From positions 100-64,099 of the forward strand of contig JALWKO010000026.1 in assembly GCA_027081405.1 (NCBI GenBank): a DNA stretch of 64,000 nt, written 5' to 3'. Both the position numbers and the translations under genes were made by a program. The number at the start of each line of letters is the position of its first letter. Position 1 is the first letter of the stretch. This DNA comes from Campylobacteraceae bacterium. GTDB taxonomy: Bacteria > Campylobacterota > Campylobacteria > Campylobacterales > Sulfurovaceae. The notes under the pieces were generated by a model. It saw only the letters and a program-made list of their open reading frames with translations, searched no databases and was not told where the DNA came from. Shown here piece by piece: positions 35,455-47,779 of the stretch.

Positions 35455-36408
35455 TCAGGGGATGACCTTGTCTCCCCGGATGGCGTCCACGTCGAGTCCG
35501 AAGGCTTTGAAGTTGCTACGTACACTGTGGTGTTCGTCGAGCACTTTGGAGTTGTAGTATCCCATCTGCTCTTTGGGTAGAAGATGGGCTTTGAGGTCGA
35601 AGTCGGCCCGGGGCTGGGCGTCGATATACAGGGCCATGTCGGCCGCTTCCTGGTCGCTGAGCGTTCCGCCCTGTCCCAGGGGCATGTTGGACTGGATCCA
35701 GGCGGCGGCTTTGTGGAGCTTGCTCATGCCGGCGCCGGTATTGTACGAGAGCCATTTGCCGTCTTTGCCTTTGCCCCAGAGAGGGGGGAAGGTGCCCACT
35801 CCGGCGCCGTCTTTGCCGTGGCAGGAGGCGCATCTGGCTTCGTAGAGTTTCTTGCCGTTGAGGTAGTTTTCGTGGGTCGCTTTCCGGATGATGGCGGCGA
35901 ATTTTTTCTGGGCTTTGGCCCATCGTTCGCTGGTATACGGGCTGCAGGGGCGCTTGGGATCCATTTTCATGGGGATCCCCTGGGAGAGCCAGGTGATGTA
36001 GGCGGCCATGGCGATGCTGGCTTCGGTATCGATGATGGGGCGTTTGCCGTGCATGCTGCGCATGAAGCAGTTGTTGATCCGATCCTGGAGGGTCTGGACC
36101 GCCTGCTCCCGTTTGGAATAGGCGGGGAAAGCCGCCGCGGTGCCGATGAAGGTGCCGATCCCCGGTCCCGTGCCCGGCTTGCCGTCGGCCCCTTTGAGAT
36201 GGCAGTTTTTGCACTGGAGTTTGTTCCCCACCAGATCCTTGGTCAGCGGATGGGTATCGGTCTGGTTCATGATTGCTTCGCCCAGTTTGACCATCCGTCC
36301 CAGTTCTCCCGGGGGATACTCCTGGGGCGCCTGGGGCATGGAGGCGGCCCAGAGGGCACCCAGACCGAGGACCATTCCCGCCGTAACCGTCGCGATTTTC
36401 GATTTCAT
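35455..36408 (-). CDS. tsdA: diheme cytochrome c thiosulfate dehydrogenase (TsdA family)
   Basis: 317 aa from MKSKIATV (SD aaggag). CKNCH followed by Cys 44 residues later in RINNCFMRSMHG (His/Cys heme). CASCH with a downstream SNMPLG (Asn-Met, as in the Campylobacter type). Confidence 0.8.
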   Translation of the reverse strand: MKSKIATVTAGMVLGLGALWAASMPQAPQEYPPGELGRMVKLGEAIMNQTDTHPLTKDLVGNKLQCKNCHLKGADGKPGTGPGIGTFIGTAAAFPAYSKREQAVQTLQDRINNCFMRSMHGKRPIIDTEASIAMAAYITWLSQGIPMKMDPKRPCSPYTSERWAKAQKKFAAIIRKATHENYLNGKKLYEARCASCHGKDGAGVGTFPPLWGKGKDGKWLSYNTGAGMSKLHKAAAWIQSNMPLGQGGTLSDQEAADMALYIDAQPRADFDLKAHLLPKEQMGYYNSKVLDEHHSVRSNFKAFGLDVDAIRGDKVIP

Positions 36409-36521
36409 GGGGCTTCTCCTTTCCTTTCGTCGGTTTTTCAATGCTACTCCCATATTGCTGAATGGAAACTAAGAGTCGAGAAAAGCGTGCGGCTGGTAGA
36501 ATGTCACAAAGGAGTGAAACG

Positions 36522-39251
36522 ATGGGATTTCGTCCGTTTCTGGCCCTCTCCGCTTCGGCGGGGAGCGGCAAAACCTTCGCGCTGACGGTCCGTTACGCGG
36601 CGCTGCTGTTTCTGGGGGAGCCTCCATCTTCGATTCTGGCGGCGACGTTTACCAACAAAGCGGCGGCGGAGATGCGCGCCCGGGTGGTGCGGGCGTTGGA
36701 GAATCTGGAAACGGACGAGGCGTTTACCCGGGAGCTCGCACGACAAAGCGGCCTGAGCCGGGAAGAGATCCTCGAGCGTGCCCCCACGGTACGCCGCCGT
36801 TTCCTCTCGAGCGATCCTTCGATCGTGACGCTGGACAGTTTTTTCCTCTCGATCCTCCGCTCTTCGGCGCTGGATGTGGGGCTCGATTCCGATTTTCGTA
36901 CCCGGGAGAGCGCGCCGGAGGGGCTGGAGGAGAATTTTTTGCTCGAACTGGACCGGGAAGGGCTCCTCTCCACACTGGTAGAGCTGGCACTCGAGATGGA
37001 GACCCGCCGGGTGGAGGGGATGGCCCGGATGCTCGAGGGGTGGTACCGCAACGCTCCGCTCCTTCCGCCGATGCCCGAGGATACCCCCATCGCTCCACTG
37101 GAGAGCAGAATCGAGGCGGTCCGCTCCGAGCTCTACGAGCGGCTGGAGCGGGCCGGTACGCCGGAGCGTTCCCGGGGCGCCTTCGGACCCTCCACCCCCA
37201 AAGAGCTCCTGGGCAAAAAGGTTTTTGAATACGAGAGCCTCTTTGATCATCGAAACTACCGCAAATACGCCGACAAGGACCCCCGCATCGACGCGCTCTT
37301 TTGCGACCTCAGAGAGCTCCTGGCGCGGTGGGCCCAGGCGCGGGAAAGGCGGGTGCTTCACCGCCTCGGGGAGCTTTTCGACCATTACCGAAACGCCCGG
37401 ATCGCCACGATCAAAGCCCGGCGGGAGATGGCCTTCGACGACGTGAGCCTTTTCGTCTATCGGCTTCTGCACGAGGCGCTCAGTCGCGATCTGCTCCTGT
37501 TCCGACTCGACCGGCGCTTTCGCCATATCCTGCTGGACGAATTCCAGGACACCTCCACCCTCCAGTTTCTCCTCCTCAAACCTCTGATCGACGAAATCTT
37601 CGCCGGGGAAGGGCAGGGGGAGATGCGTTCCTTTTTCTACGTGGGGGATCCCAAACAGTCGATCTACCGTTTCCGGGGAGGGGTGGAGGAGCTGTTTGCG
37701 AAGGTGGCCGAATTCTATCCCGTCGAAGTGGAGCCGATGCGGGTCAACTACCGCAGCTCCCGGGCCGTGGTCGAGAGCGTCAACGAATGGTTCGGACCGA
37801 TCATGCCCGGGTATGTGCCTCAGACCCCCCGCGCTTCCCGGATCGGGTACGTCCAGGTGCGCGAAAGCGAAAATCCCGTGGAGGATACGGTATCGCGGAT
37901 CGGGGAGCTTCTGGACGCGGGGGTGGCCGCCGAAGAGATCGCGGTGCTCGTAGTGACCAACGACGATGGGGCGGCGATCCAGGACGCCTGCATCGAAGCG
38001 GGGATCGACACGGTGCTGCTCACTTCCAGTTCGCTGCGTACCTATCCCCCGGCCGCGGCTCTGGCGGAGGCGCTGGAGCATCTGCGTACGGGCGACCTCC
38101 TCAAAGGAGAGGCGATCGTCCGTTACAGCGGCATCGACTGGGAAAAAGCCGGGAGGGGATGGTGGCGGCCCGATCTGAGCAGCGCCGAAACACTCCACCG
38201 TCTCATCGGCGCCTTCGGACTGTTCCGGGAGGATCCCAATCTGCTGCGGCTGCTGGAATTCGCCGCCGAGCATCCCGAAATCAACGACTTTCTCGAGGAG
38301 TTTCCCCTTTCGCGGATCGCCCTGGCGCCCCGCACCGCAAAAGGGGTGCGGATCATGACCGTCCACGGCTCCAAGGGGCTGGAGTTTCCCCACGTGATCC
38401 TCCCCGACCGGCTCAAACGGGAGAGCCCCGATCGGGACGCTCTCATGCCTCGGCTCGACGACACCCTCCGGATCGAGCGGTTTTTCCTCCGGATCTCCAA
38501 ACGGGATCGGGTCGACGCCGAATACGCCCGTTTTCTCGAAGAGCGCGAGAAACAGTCCGACAAAGACCGTTTCAATCTCCTTTACGTGGCCCTCACCCGG
38601 GCGGTGGAGGGGATGACAATTCTGATGAAAAAGGAGAAGTCGGTATTCGAGCCGCTGGGGCTCGTTCCGGGAATGCGGGGGGCGTTCCCGCGAGGCACTG
38701 CGGAGCGACCCGAAGAGAGCGTTCCCGTTCCCCGGGTGACGCTAAGCCGTTACGGAAGCCAGGAGCTCCCCCCCTCCGAAGAGGAAACGGAAGAGGAGGA
38801 ATACGACTACCGGGCGATCCTCCTGGGGAACGCGCTGCACTACGCCCTGGAATCGATGGGGGAGTTCACCCCGATGGCGATGGAGGAGGCGATCGAGGGG
38901 ACCTGCTACCGCTTCGGGGCCGAACTGGGGAGAGTGGGGTGCGATTCGATCCGCCGCCGCGTCGCCGCTTTGCTGGAGGATCCCCGTTTCAACCGGCTGG
39001 TGACCGGCGGTACGGTACTGCGGGAGCAGCCCCTCCGCCACAGAGGGGTGGCCTACCGGATCGACCTGCTCGTGCTTGGCGCAGACGAGACGGTGGTGGT
39101 GGATTACAAAAGTTCCCGGAAATTCGCCCACGAACACCGGATCCAGGTGGAACGGTACCTGGGGACGCTCCGTGCCCTGGGGTACCCGGGGGTGCGGGGG
39201 GTGCTCCTCTATCTCCTCGACGAAGGGGTCGAATGGGAAGATATAGTTTAA
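36522..39251 (+). CDS. addA: UvrD/Rep-family helicase-nuclease AddA/RecB-like
   Basis: 909 aa from MGFRPFLALSASAGSGKTF (Walker A; SD aggag 8 nt upstream). DEFQDT motif. C-terminal nuclease motif VVVDYKSS. Confidence 0.88.
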   Translation: MGFRPFLALSASAGSGKTFALTVRYAALLFLGEPPSSILAATFTNKAAAEMRARVVRALENLETDEAFTRELARQSGLSREEILERAPTVRRRFLSSDPSIVTLDSFFLSILRSSALDVGLDSDFRTRESAPEGLEENFLLELDREGLLSTLVELALEMETRRVEGMARMLEGWYRNAPLLPPMPEDTPIAPLESRIEAVRSELYERLERAGTPERSRGAFGPSTPKELLGKKVFEYESLFDHRNYRKYADKDPRIDALFCDLRELLARWAQARERRVLHRLGELFDHYRNARIATIKARREMAFDDVSLFVYRLLHEALSRDLLLFRLDRRFRHILLDEFQDTSTLQFLLLKPLIDEIFAGEGQGEMRSFFYVGDPKQSIYRFRGGVEELFAKVAEFYPVEVEPMRVNYRSSRAVVESVNEWFGPIMPGYVPQTPRASRIGYVQVRESENPVEDTVSRIGELLDAGVAAEEIAVLVVTNDDGAAIQDACIEAGIDTVLLTSSSLRTYPPAAALAEALEHLRTGDLLKGEAIVRYSGIDWEKAGRGWWRPDLSSAETLHRLIGAFGLFREDPNLLRLLEFAAEHPEINDFLEEFPLSRIALAPRTAKGVRIMTVHGSKGLEFPHVILPDRLKRESPDRDALMPRLDDTLRIERFFLRISKRDRVDAEYARFLEEREKQSDKDRFNLLYVALTRAVEGMTILMKKEKSVFEPLGLVPGMRGAFPRGTAERPEESVPVPRVTLSRYGSQELPPSEEETEEEEYDYRAILLGNALHYALESMGEFTPMAMEEAIEGTCYRFGAELGRVGCDSIRRRVAALLEDPRFNRLVTGGTVLREQPLRHRGVAYRIDLLVLGADETVVVDYKSSRKFAHEHRIQVERYLGTLRALGYPGVRGVLLYLLDEGVEWEDIV

Positions 39252-39348
39252 CTTTTCCTTAATTTCAGCGAATTTTCAGAAAAAGCCCCTATAATCCCCG
39301 GTACAAAACGCCCAACGGGTCGATTTTGAAGAAAACAAAGGAAAGATC

Positions 39349-39774
39349 ATGAAAATGACCAAAGCCGTCAAGCCTCATGAAGTCGAGCGCGATTGGCATC
39401 TGATCGATGCGGAAGGGAAAACCTTCGGGCGGATCCTGACCGAGGCAGCGACCTATCTCCGCGGCAAGCACAAGCCCTCCTTCACCCCCCACGTGGACTG
39501 CGGCGACTACGTGGTGATCATCAACGCCAAAAAAGCCCGCTTCAGCGGAAACAAACTCAACGACAAAGAGTACTTCCGCCACAGCGGATATTTCGGAAGC
39601 ACCAAGAGCACCAAGCTCGCCGACATGCTCGAGAATCACACCGAGAAGCTCTACCGCCTGGCGGTACGAGGCATGCTGCCCAAAAACAAACTGGGCCGTC
39701 AGATGCTCAAGAAGCTCAAAGTCTATGAAGGTCCCGAGCATCCCCACACCGCACAACTGAACAAAGGAAAGTAA
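39349..39774 (+). CDS. rplM: 50S ribosomal protein L13
   Basis: 141 aa, with W-x-x-IDA near the N-terminus. rplM-rpsI gene pair. Confidence 0.97.
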   Translation: MKMTKAVKPHEVERDWHLIDAEGKTFGRILTEAATYLRGKHKPSFTPHVDCGDYVVIINAKKARFSGNKLNDKEYFRHSGYFGSTKSTKLADMLENHTEKLYRLAVRGMLPKNKLGRQMLKKLKVYEGPEHPHTAQLNKGK

Positions 39775-39775
39775 G

Positions 39776-40165
39776 ATGGCGAAAGTCTACGCAACCGGCA
39801 AACGGAAAACCGCGGTCGCCAAGGTCTGGCTGACCCCCGGAAACGGCGGCATCACCGTCAACGGCATGACCCTCGACCAGTGGCTCGGCGGCCACGAGAC
39901 CCTCAAGATGAAGGTCCGTCTCCCCCTCGAAGCGACCAAGCAGCTCGAGTCGGTCACGATCAAAGCCACCACCCTCGGCGGCGGATACAGCGCCCAGGCC
40001 GACGCCCTCAAACACGGGATCTCCAAGGCGCTGGTCAACTACGAGCCCGCTTTCCGCGCCATCCTCAAACCCATGGGGCTCCTTACCCGCGACGCCCGCG
40101 TCGTCGAGCGGAAAAAATACGGGAAGAAAAAAGCCCGCCGCAGCCCTCAGTTCTCCAAGCGCTAA
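39776..40165 (+). CDS. rpsI: 30S ribosomal protein S9
   Basis: 129 aa ending ...[12 protein letters not shown]. Confidence 0.97.
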   Translation: MAKVYATGKRKTAVAKVWLTPGNGGITVNGMTLDQWLGGHETLKMKVRLPLEATKQLESVTIKATTLGGGYSAQADALKHGISKALVNYEPAFRAILKPMGLLTRDARVVERKKYGKKKARRSPQFSKR

Positions 40166-40204
40166 TCGCGCGACCGGGATCGGAGCTTCTTCGCTCCGTT
40201 TCGT

Positions 40205-40458
40205 TTACCCCAAACTATGCATTAGCCAGTACGTCATTTGCATCGATCATCGATGGCATGGGCGACACATCCAAAGCCTCGACGCACCCTCCGGGTGCGC
40301 CTACGTTTTGACTTGGCCTACGCGGCTTCGCTACGCTTCGACCGCTTCGGGTTCGAAGCTACAAACAACAAGCAGTTGTTGTTTGCTTGACGCTTCTCCC
40401 CCCTACACACCGAGCATCGACGCATCTGACGCACTTTCTACTGCATAATTTGGTTTAT
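40205..40458. mobile_element. MITE-like element, copy 2 (~255 bp, carries a nested ~85 nt insertion)
   Basis: Same terminal inverted repeats (ccaaactatgcattag / ctactgcataatttgg) and the same core as copy 1. Extra segment at about 40305-40395 includes the palindrome caaacaacaa-gcag-ttgttgtttg. Confidence 0.75.
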
Positions 40459-40497
40459 TCTCCGTTTCTTTTTTCTATTTCTACTTCTTCTATTTCG

Positions 40498-41301
40498 TCA
40501 CGATGGAAGGTCGAAGCGCGCCGCATCGAGGATCCGGATCTCCTCTTCGAGGGTGATTCCGAACGTCTCATGGACCCGTTCTTTGGCCCGCTCGATCAGC
40601 TCGATGGCCTCTTCGTAGTGCCCCTTTCCATAGTTGACGAGAAAATTGGCATGCACTTCGCTCCACCCCATCCCTCCGAGGCGCACCCCTTTGAGCCCCA
40701 CCGCTTCGATGAGGCGGCCGGCGTAGTCGCCGGGGGGATTTTTGAACGCACTTCCGGCGCTGGGTTCTTTGGGCTGGTTGGTGCGCAGAGCGAGGAGTTC
40801 GCGGCGCAGCGCCTCGTCGTACCCCCGGCGGATCGGGAAGCGCGCCGCAGTGGCGATCCCCGGCAGTCGGGTGAAGCGGTAGCCATGTTCGATCGCTCCG
40901 GCGGAGATCCACTCCTTGCCGATCTGGACGCTGTGCAACAGCGGGAAAATCTCGTAGGACTTGACCCCGGCGTTCATCGCGAGCATCCCCCCGAGGGTAC
41001 CGGGGAGTTTGGCGACGAATTCGAATCCGGCCAGATCGTGTTTTTTGGCGAAGCTGAGCAGCTTTCCGGTGGGGGTGGCCGCACCCACTTCGAGAAATTC
41101 CCCTTCGATCCGGCAATAGTCGAAATCCCGGGAGAGCATCATCAGCGGCGGAGGTTCGGGGGAGAGGAGGAGATTGTTGGCCCCTCCGATCAAATAGCGA
41201 TCCGTGGGGATCGGATCCCCCGCCTCGATCATCAGCACCTCCGCCGTGGGGCCAATCCGGATGCTCGAATAGCGGGAAAAATCGATCGTTCTAACAAACA
41301 C
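40498..41301 (-). CDS. murB: UDP-N-acetylenolpyruvoylglucosamine reductase (short type)
   Basis: 267 aa with GGANNLL, GSAFKNP and a C-terminal domain typical of the short epsilonproteobacterial MurB. Confidence 0.9.
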   Translation of the reverse strand: MFVRTIDFSRYSSIRIGPTAEVLMIEAGDPIPTDRYLIGGANNLLLSPEPPPLMMLSRDFDYCRIEGEFLEVGAATPTGKLLSFAKKHDLAGFEFVAKLPGTLGGMLAMNAGVKSYEIFPLLHSVQIGKEWISAGAIEHGYRFTRLPGIATAARFPIRRGYDEALRRELLALRTNQPKEPSAGSAFKNPPGDYAGRLIEAVGLKGVRLGGMGWSEVHANFLVNYGKGHYEEAIELIERAKERVHETFGITLEEEIRILDAARFDLPS

Positions 41302-41318
41302 GGCGCACTCCGGAGGAG

Positions 41319-41396
41319 AGTGAAATGAGGAATGAGGAATGAGTAATGAGTAATGAGTAATGAGTAACGGGCGATGGGTAACGAAGAATGAGAAAT
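41319..41396 (+). repeat. AAATGAG/GAATGAG/TAATGAG heptamer array (about 9 units)
   Basis: gagtgaaatgaggaatgaggaatgagtaatgagtaatgagtaatgagtaac... Confidence 0.9.
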
Positions 41397-41445
41397 TGCG
41401 GATCGCATCGCTTCGAAACGCCGTTTTCCACCCGCTTTATCGAGA

Positions 41446-42306
41446 TCACAGATTCCTCCACCGGTTGTACTCCCTCGGGATCAGATACTCCTCCGTTCGG
41501 ATGGGGCAGTCGTACTCCCCGTGCCGGTAGCCCAGTTCGAAGAGGCGGTCGAGCGCGGCGATCTGACGCGTATCGAGTTCGGCACTCTCTTCGGAGGCGT
41601 ACATCCGCAGATAGCGATCGAGGGCTTCGTCGCCGATGCGCACGAGCCCTTTTTCTTCCAGCAGGGTGCTGAGTTCCTTTTTGCGGGCGTTGGCCACCCG
41701 GACCCCTTCGGTGAGGATCGCTTCGATCTCGATGGCCCGGTTGAGGGGGATGCTGCGCCGCAGGGCCATCCCCCCCAGCGGCAGCGGGAGATCCTCCCTG
41801 GAGAGCTCCCTCCAGACGTCCCAGAGCTCCTTTTCCACCTCGAGGCGGGGGTCGAAGTCGAGGATCGATTCGTGGATCAGGACCCCGGCGTCCACCTCCC
41901 CCTCCGCGACGGCCCGTTCGATCTCCAGAAAATTCATATAGACCGGGCGGGCCTGGGGGTAGTAGAGGCGCACCAGCATGGCGTTGGTGGTGTGGCGCCC
42001 CGAGAGGGCGACCCGGAAGTTGCGCCGGAGCCGTTTCCCTCGGAGTTTGACCAGTTTGGGGCCGTACCCTTCTCCGAAACTCACCGCGGTGCGCAGCAGG
42101 GCGTAGTCCTCCCGGATACGGGGATAGAGGGCGAAGCTGATGGCGCTGACGTCGTAGTATCCCTCGAGCGCCTTTTCGTTGAGGGTTTCGATGTCGAGGG
42201 CTTCGTTGCGGAAACGGTAGTCGCGGGTGTCGACCCAGCCGAAGGCGATGGCATAGTACATGAAAATATCGTCGGCGTCGGGGGAGTGGGCGAGATCGAT
42301 GTTCAC
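41446..42306 (-). CDS. MqnA/MqnD-family menaquinone (futalosine pathway) biosynthesis protein
   Basis: 286 aa from GTG (SD ggagg) with N-terminus NIDLAHSPDADDIFMYYAIAFG. Periplasmic-binding-protein-like fold family. Confidence 0.75.
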   Translation of the reverse strand: MNIDLAHSPDADDIFMYYAIAFGWVDTRDYRFRNEALDIETLNEKALEGYYDVSAISFALYPRIREDYALLRTAVSFGEGYGPKLVKLRGKRLRRNFRVALSGRHTTNAMLVRLYYPQARPVYMNFLEIERAVAEGEVDAGVLIHESILDFDPRLEVEKELWDVWRELSREDLPLPLGGMALRRSIPLNRAIEIEAILTEGVRVANARKKELSTLLEEKGLVRIGDEALDRYLRMYASEESAELDTRQIAALDRLFELGYRHGEYDCPIRTEEYLIPREYNRWRNL

Positions 42307-42443
42307 GGAAACCTCCGGAGAGTTTGCGTTATTGTAACGAAACAGCGGGGAGAAACATGGCGATTTGACCCATTTATTTCCTTTGCCCTCCAATAGTGAT
42401 ACAATCACGAAAAATCTCCGAAGAATCACGAAAGGGTACGACG

Positions 42444-43493
42444 ATGGAAATCGATCCGCAGAAGAAAAAAGCGCTGGAGATGGCGATCAAACAGATCGAC
42501 AAGACCTTCGGCAAAGGGACCCTCATGCGGCTGGGGGACAAGGAGATCGAACCGATCGCTTCGATCAGCACCGGATCGCTGGGGCTCGATATAGCTCTGG
42601 GGATCGGGGGGATCCCCCAGGGGAGGATCATCGAAATCTACGGTCCCGAATCGTCGGGGAAAACGACGCTGGCGCTGCAGACCATCGCCTCGGCGCAAAA
42701 AGAGGGGAAAGTGTGCGCCTTCATCGACGCCGAGCACGCGCTGGACGTCCTCTACGCCAAAAATCTCGGCGTCGATATCGAGAATCTCCTGGTGAGCCAG
42801 CCCGACTTCGGAGAACAGGCGCTGGACATCCTCGAGACGGTGGCCCGCAGCGGTGCGGTCGATCTGGTGGTGGTCGACTCGGTGGCGGCCCTCACCCCCA
42901 AAAGTGAGATCGAGGGGGATATGGGGGATCAGCACGTGGGGCTTCAGGCCCGGCTCATGAGCCAGGCGCTGCGCAAGCTCACCGGGATCCTCCACAAGAT
43001 GAACACCACCGTCATCTTCATCAACCAGATCCGGATGAAGATCGGTACGATGGGATACGGCTCCCCCGAGACCACCACCGGGGGGAACGCGCTGAAGTTC
43101 TACGCTTCGGTTCGGATCGACGTCCGCCGCATCGCCACCCTCAAACAGGGGGAGAATCAGATCGGCAACCGGGTCAAGGCCAAAGTGGTCAAAAACAAGG
43201 TGGCCCCTCCGTTTAGGCAGGCGGAGTTTGACATCATGTTCGGCGAGGGGATCAGCCAGGAGGGGGAGCTGATCGACTACGGCGTCAAACTCGACATCAT
43301 CGACAAATCGGGAGCGTGGTTCAGCTACGGACCCCGAAAACTGGGCCAGGGGAAAGAAAACGCCAAACAGACCCTCAAAGACGAGCCCGAACTCCGGGCC
43401 GAGATCGAGGCCAAGATCAAGGAAGCCCTGGGCTTCGGCGAAGCGCTGGGGATGAGCGAGGAGGAGATCGCCGCCGCCCGGAACGAAGAGTGA
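42444..43493 (+). CDS. recA: recombinase RecA
   Basis: 349 aa from [11 protein letters not shown]. Walker [10 protein letters not shown]. Confidence 0.97.
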   Translation: MEIDPQKKKALEMAIKQIDKTFGKGTLMRLGDKEIEPIASISTGSLGLDIALGIGGIPQGRIIEIYGPESSGKTTLALQTIASAQKEGKVCAFIDAEHALDVLYAKNLGVDIENLLVSQPDFGEQALDILETVARSGAVDLVVVDSVAALTPKSEIEGDMGDQHVGLQARLMSQALRKLTGILHKMNTTVIFINQIRMKIGTMGYGSPETTTGGNALKFYASVRIDVRRIATLKQGENQIGNRVKAKVVKNKVAPPFRQAEFDIMFGEGISQEGELIDYGVKLDIIDKSGAWFSYGPRKLGQGKENAKQTLKDEPELRAEIEAKIKEALGFGEALGMSEEEIAAARNEE

Positions 43494-43556
43494 GTCCGAT
43501 ACTCTTCTCACCCCTTTTTTCTCCCTTTTTCACCATTTCCCCTTACCGACCGCTAA

Positions 43557-45124
<1,568 letters not shown>

Positions 45125-45138
<14 letters not shown>

Positions 45139-46294
45139 ATCCTCTTTTTTCCAAAAGACCACGCCGAAGAACTTTGATCATTCCCATCGAGACGATCACC
45201 TCCAGCAAACTGGCCAAGATCAGTTTGTAATAGGCGATCAATGCGATCATTCCGCTATCATATCCGATCGTGGCGACGGCGATGAGGAGCGTCAGGGGCA
45301 TCGAGAGGGCGAAAGCGCTCATCACCGCTTCCCGTTTGCCGTAGAGGGTGCGCAGGTGCCACGCCGCCAGAAGACGGATGAGGATCATCACCCCGGCGAT
45401 CGCCAGCGCGCCGGTGAAAACCCCCGGAAACAGGAGTGCTTGCAGATCGAAGGAAGTCCCCACATGGATGAAAAAGATCGGCACGAGAAAGCCGAATCCC
45501 AGGGAGGAGAGCTTCTCTTCCAGCCGCACTTCGTGGTGGAAAAACGCCGAGATCGCCACGCCGGCGATGAAGGCTCCGAGTGCAAGCTCCAGATGGAGCG
45601 CAAGCATGACGCTAATAAGGATGAAAAAGAGGGCGATCGCCAGGCGGACGTCCTGTTCGGAGGTGTCGGCCCGGGGGATGAGGATCCTCCGGATTTCCGG
45701 GTACCACCAAAAGAGTATCAGCAGGGCCCGGTAGGCCAGGTAGATCCCCAGCAAAAACAGTCCCAGTAGTCCCAGTTTGATCGCCAGTTCCCATCCAAAC
45801 CCCACCGTGGAAGCCGCGTCGAGGATCGTCAGGGCGGCGATGCTGGCCATCTCTCCCAGGACCCCCACCGTGATCGCCAGACGGAGCCACGCTTCCTGTT
45901 TGCCGTAGAGTTTGGAGAGGGAAGCGACCAGACCGATCGAGATCAGCGGGAGGCTGACGATCTCGATGGGGCCGAGCCCCAGGAGCCACCCCGCCACGAG
46001 CGCGAGACCCCCCAGCGTGAGGACAAAGAGGAGCGCCTTTCGGATGAAGTTGCGGGACTGGCCGAGGATCTCCTTGAGGTCCACTTCGAGCCCGGCGAGG
46101 AACATCAGGTACAAAAATCCGGTCTGGGCGATCAGATCGAAATAGACGCTCTCGTGCAGCAGCCCCGCGGCGGCCAGGAGGGAGCCGGCGACGATCTCCA
46201 CGGGGGGTGTGGGGGTCCGCAGCATCCGGCCAATGTAGGGGGAGACCCACAGCAGCAGCGAGAGGGAGAGGATCAGGGTGACGTTATCGGCCAT
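45125..46294 (-). CDS. cation:proton antiporter (CPA2/Kef-type)
   Basis: 389 aa from MADNVTLILSL. About 12 TM helices. Confidence 0.85.
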
Positions 46295-47135
46295 CACAGC
46301 TCCGAGCGATCGTATAGCCCAACGCTTCGATGGTGCGCCGGTCCCTGTCGGGGGCTTCGCCGGGGGTGGTGAGGTAGTCTCCGATGACGATCGCGTCGGC
46401 GCCCGCGTCGAACATCTCCCGTTCCTTTCCGCCAAAGAGCTGTTCCCTCCCCCCGGCGACCATCAGGCGGGGAGCTTCGCCCAGGAGGGTGCGCATCATA
46501 CGGATCGCCGCGAGGGCTTCGGGGAGATCGACGGTCCGCTCTTTGATCGGAAGGGCGGGGTTGGGGATGTAGAAATTGAGGGGGACGGAAGCGGGGCGGA
46601 GGGAGGCGATGCTCTCCAGCAGGCTTTGGCGGTCTGTGGCACTCTCCCCCAGCCCCAGGATCCCGCCGCAGCACAGCGCCAATCCGGCGGCGTGGACCGC
46701 TTCGCAGGTGGCGTATCGCTCTTCCCAGTCGTGGGTGGTGCAGATCGTGGGGTAGAACTCCCGGGAGGTTTCGAGGTTGTGGTTGTAGCTGGTGACTCCG
46801 TGGGCCTTGAGGTGGCGCAGCTGCTCCATTTCGGCGGTGCCGCAGCAGGCGATGATCCCCAGATCGGGGAATTCTCGCCGCAGTGCCGAGGCGAGACGGG
46901 CGAGTGTTTCGGTCTTGGCGTCGTCGAGCCCCTTGCCCGCGGTGACCAGGCAGTAGCCGATCGCTCCGTTGGCCACGGCTCGCCGCGCTTCGGCCAGGAC
47001 CTGTTCGGGTGATTTGAAGCCGTACCGCTCGATGGGGGCACGGTAACGGGCACTCTGGGCGCAGAAGCGGCAGTCTTCGGGGCAGCTGCCGCTTTGGACA
47101 TTGTTGATGGCACACAGAAAGATCGGCTTTTGCAT
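46284..47135 (-). CDS. bioB: biotin synthase
   Basis: 283 aa with radical-SAM motif CPEDCRFC. Confidence 0.95.
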   Translation of the reverse strand: MQKPIFLCAINNVQSGSCPEDCRFCAQSARYRAPIERYGFKSPEQVLAEARRAVANGAIGYCLVTAGKGLDDAKTETLARLASALRREFPDLGIIACCGTAEMEQLRHLKAHGVTSYNHNLETSREFYPTICTTHDWEERYATCEAVHAAGLALCCGGILGLGESATDRQSLLESIASLRPASVPLNFYIPNPALPIKERTVDLPEALAAIRMMRTLLGEAPRLMVAGGREQLFGGKEREMFDAGADAIVIGDYLTTPGEAPDRDRRTIEALGYTIARSCDGR

Positions 47136-47268
47136 TCTGCCCCCCCTTTTTTGTCGTTGTGGCGATTATACCTGCCCTTGCAAATTTTGGGAAGGCTGGG
47201 GTAAGATTGTGCATGGAGGCCGGAAGTGGCGTGGATACGCGTCTGCCGTATCGATAAGGGGGAAAACG

Positions 47269-47757
47269 GTGGGAAAGTTTGGAATCGGATTCGTAGCGAC
47301 TATCGGAATGTGCACGACGCTGGCGGTAGCATCGGAAATCGCCATTGGAGGATTTTCGGCAGAGTCTCAGGCTCGCCAGTTCCAAGAGCGGATCGTGCAA
47401 GGGTGTGCCGATGAAGGGATCGCACCGCAGGACGTGCGGATCGTGCAGACAGGGGATCTGTGGTTGGTGGCGATTCCGCAGCGCACGGTCCGCCCGCCGC
47501 AAGGCGCGCGGGCGCTTTTGTGTGTCCGGCATCTAAGTGAAGGGATGATTCCGTTTGTTCCGGAGGAGAACTCCCGGACGAGCGAAACCGACTTCCTATT
47601 GCCCCGCAAATACCTCCTCCCCGCAGGAGCGGTACTTCTGCTGATCTTTTTGTTCGCGTTTTTCCGACAACGAAAAACGGTGCGCGCGATCAATGAACTG
47701 CGCAACAAACTGGAGTATCAGTTCGAATCGTTTACGGCGAAAATACATGCGAAGTGA
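47269..47757 (+). CDS. hypothetical membrane protein
   Basis: About 162 aa from a GTG after aggggg. Signal/anchor, a soluble domain and a C-terminal TM helix. The start is uncertain. Confidence 0.4.
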   Translation: MGKFGIGFVATIGMCTTLAVASEIAIGGFSAESQARQFQERIVQGCADEGIAPQDVRIVQTGDLWLVAIPQRTVRPPQGARALLCVRHLSEGMIPFVPEENSRTSETDFLLPRKYLLPAGAVLLLIFLFAFFRQRKTVRAINELRNKLEYQFESFTAKIHAK

Positions 47758-47779
47758 CAAGATGGAAGGATCGGAATCG

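Noticed and set aside
40340-40362. A tRNA-like T-arm string, cgggttcgaagc.
   Set aside because: It lies inside the nested insertion of MITE copy 2. There is no acceptor, D or anticodon arm around it. I recognised no tRNA or rRNA gene anywhere in the window.
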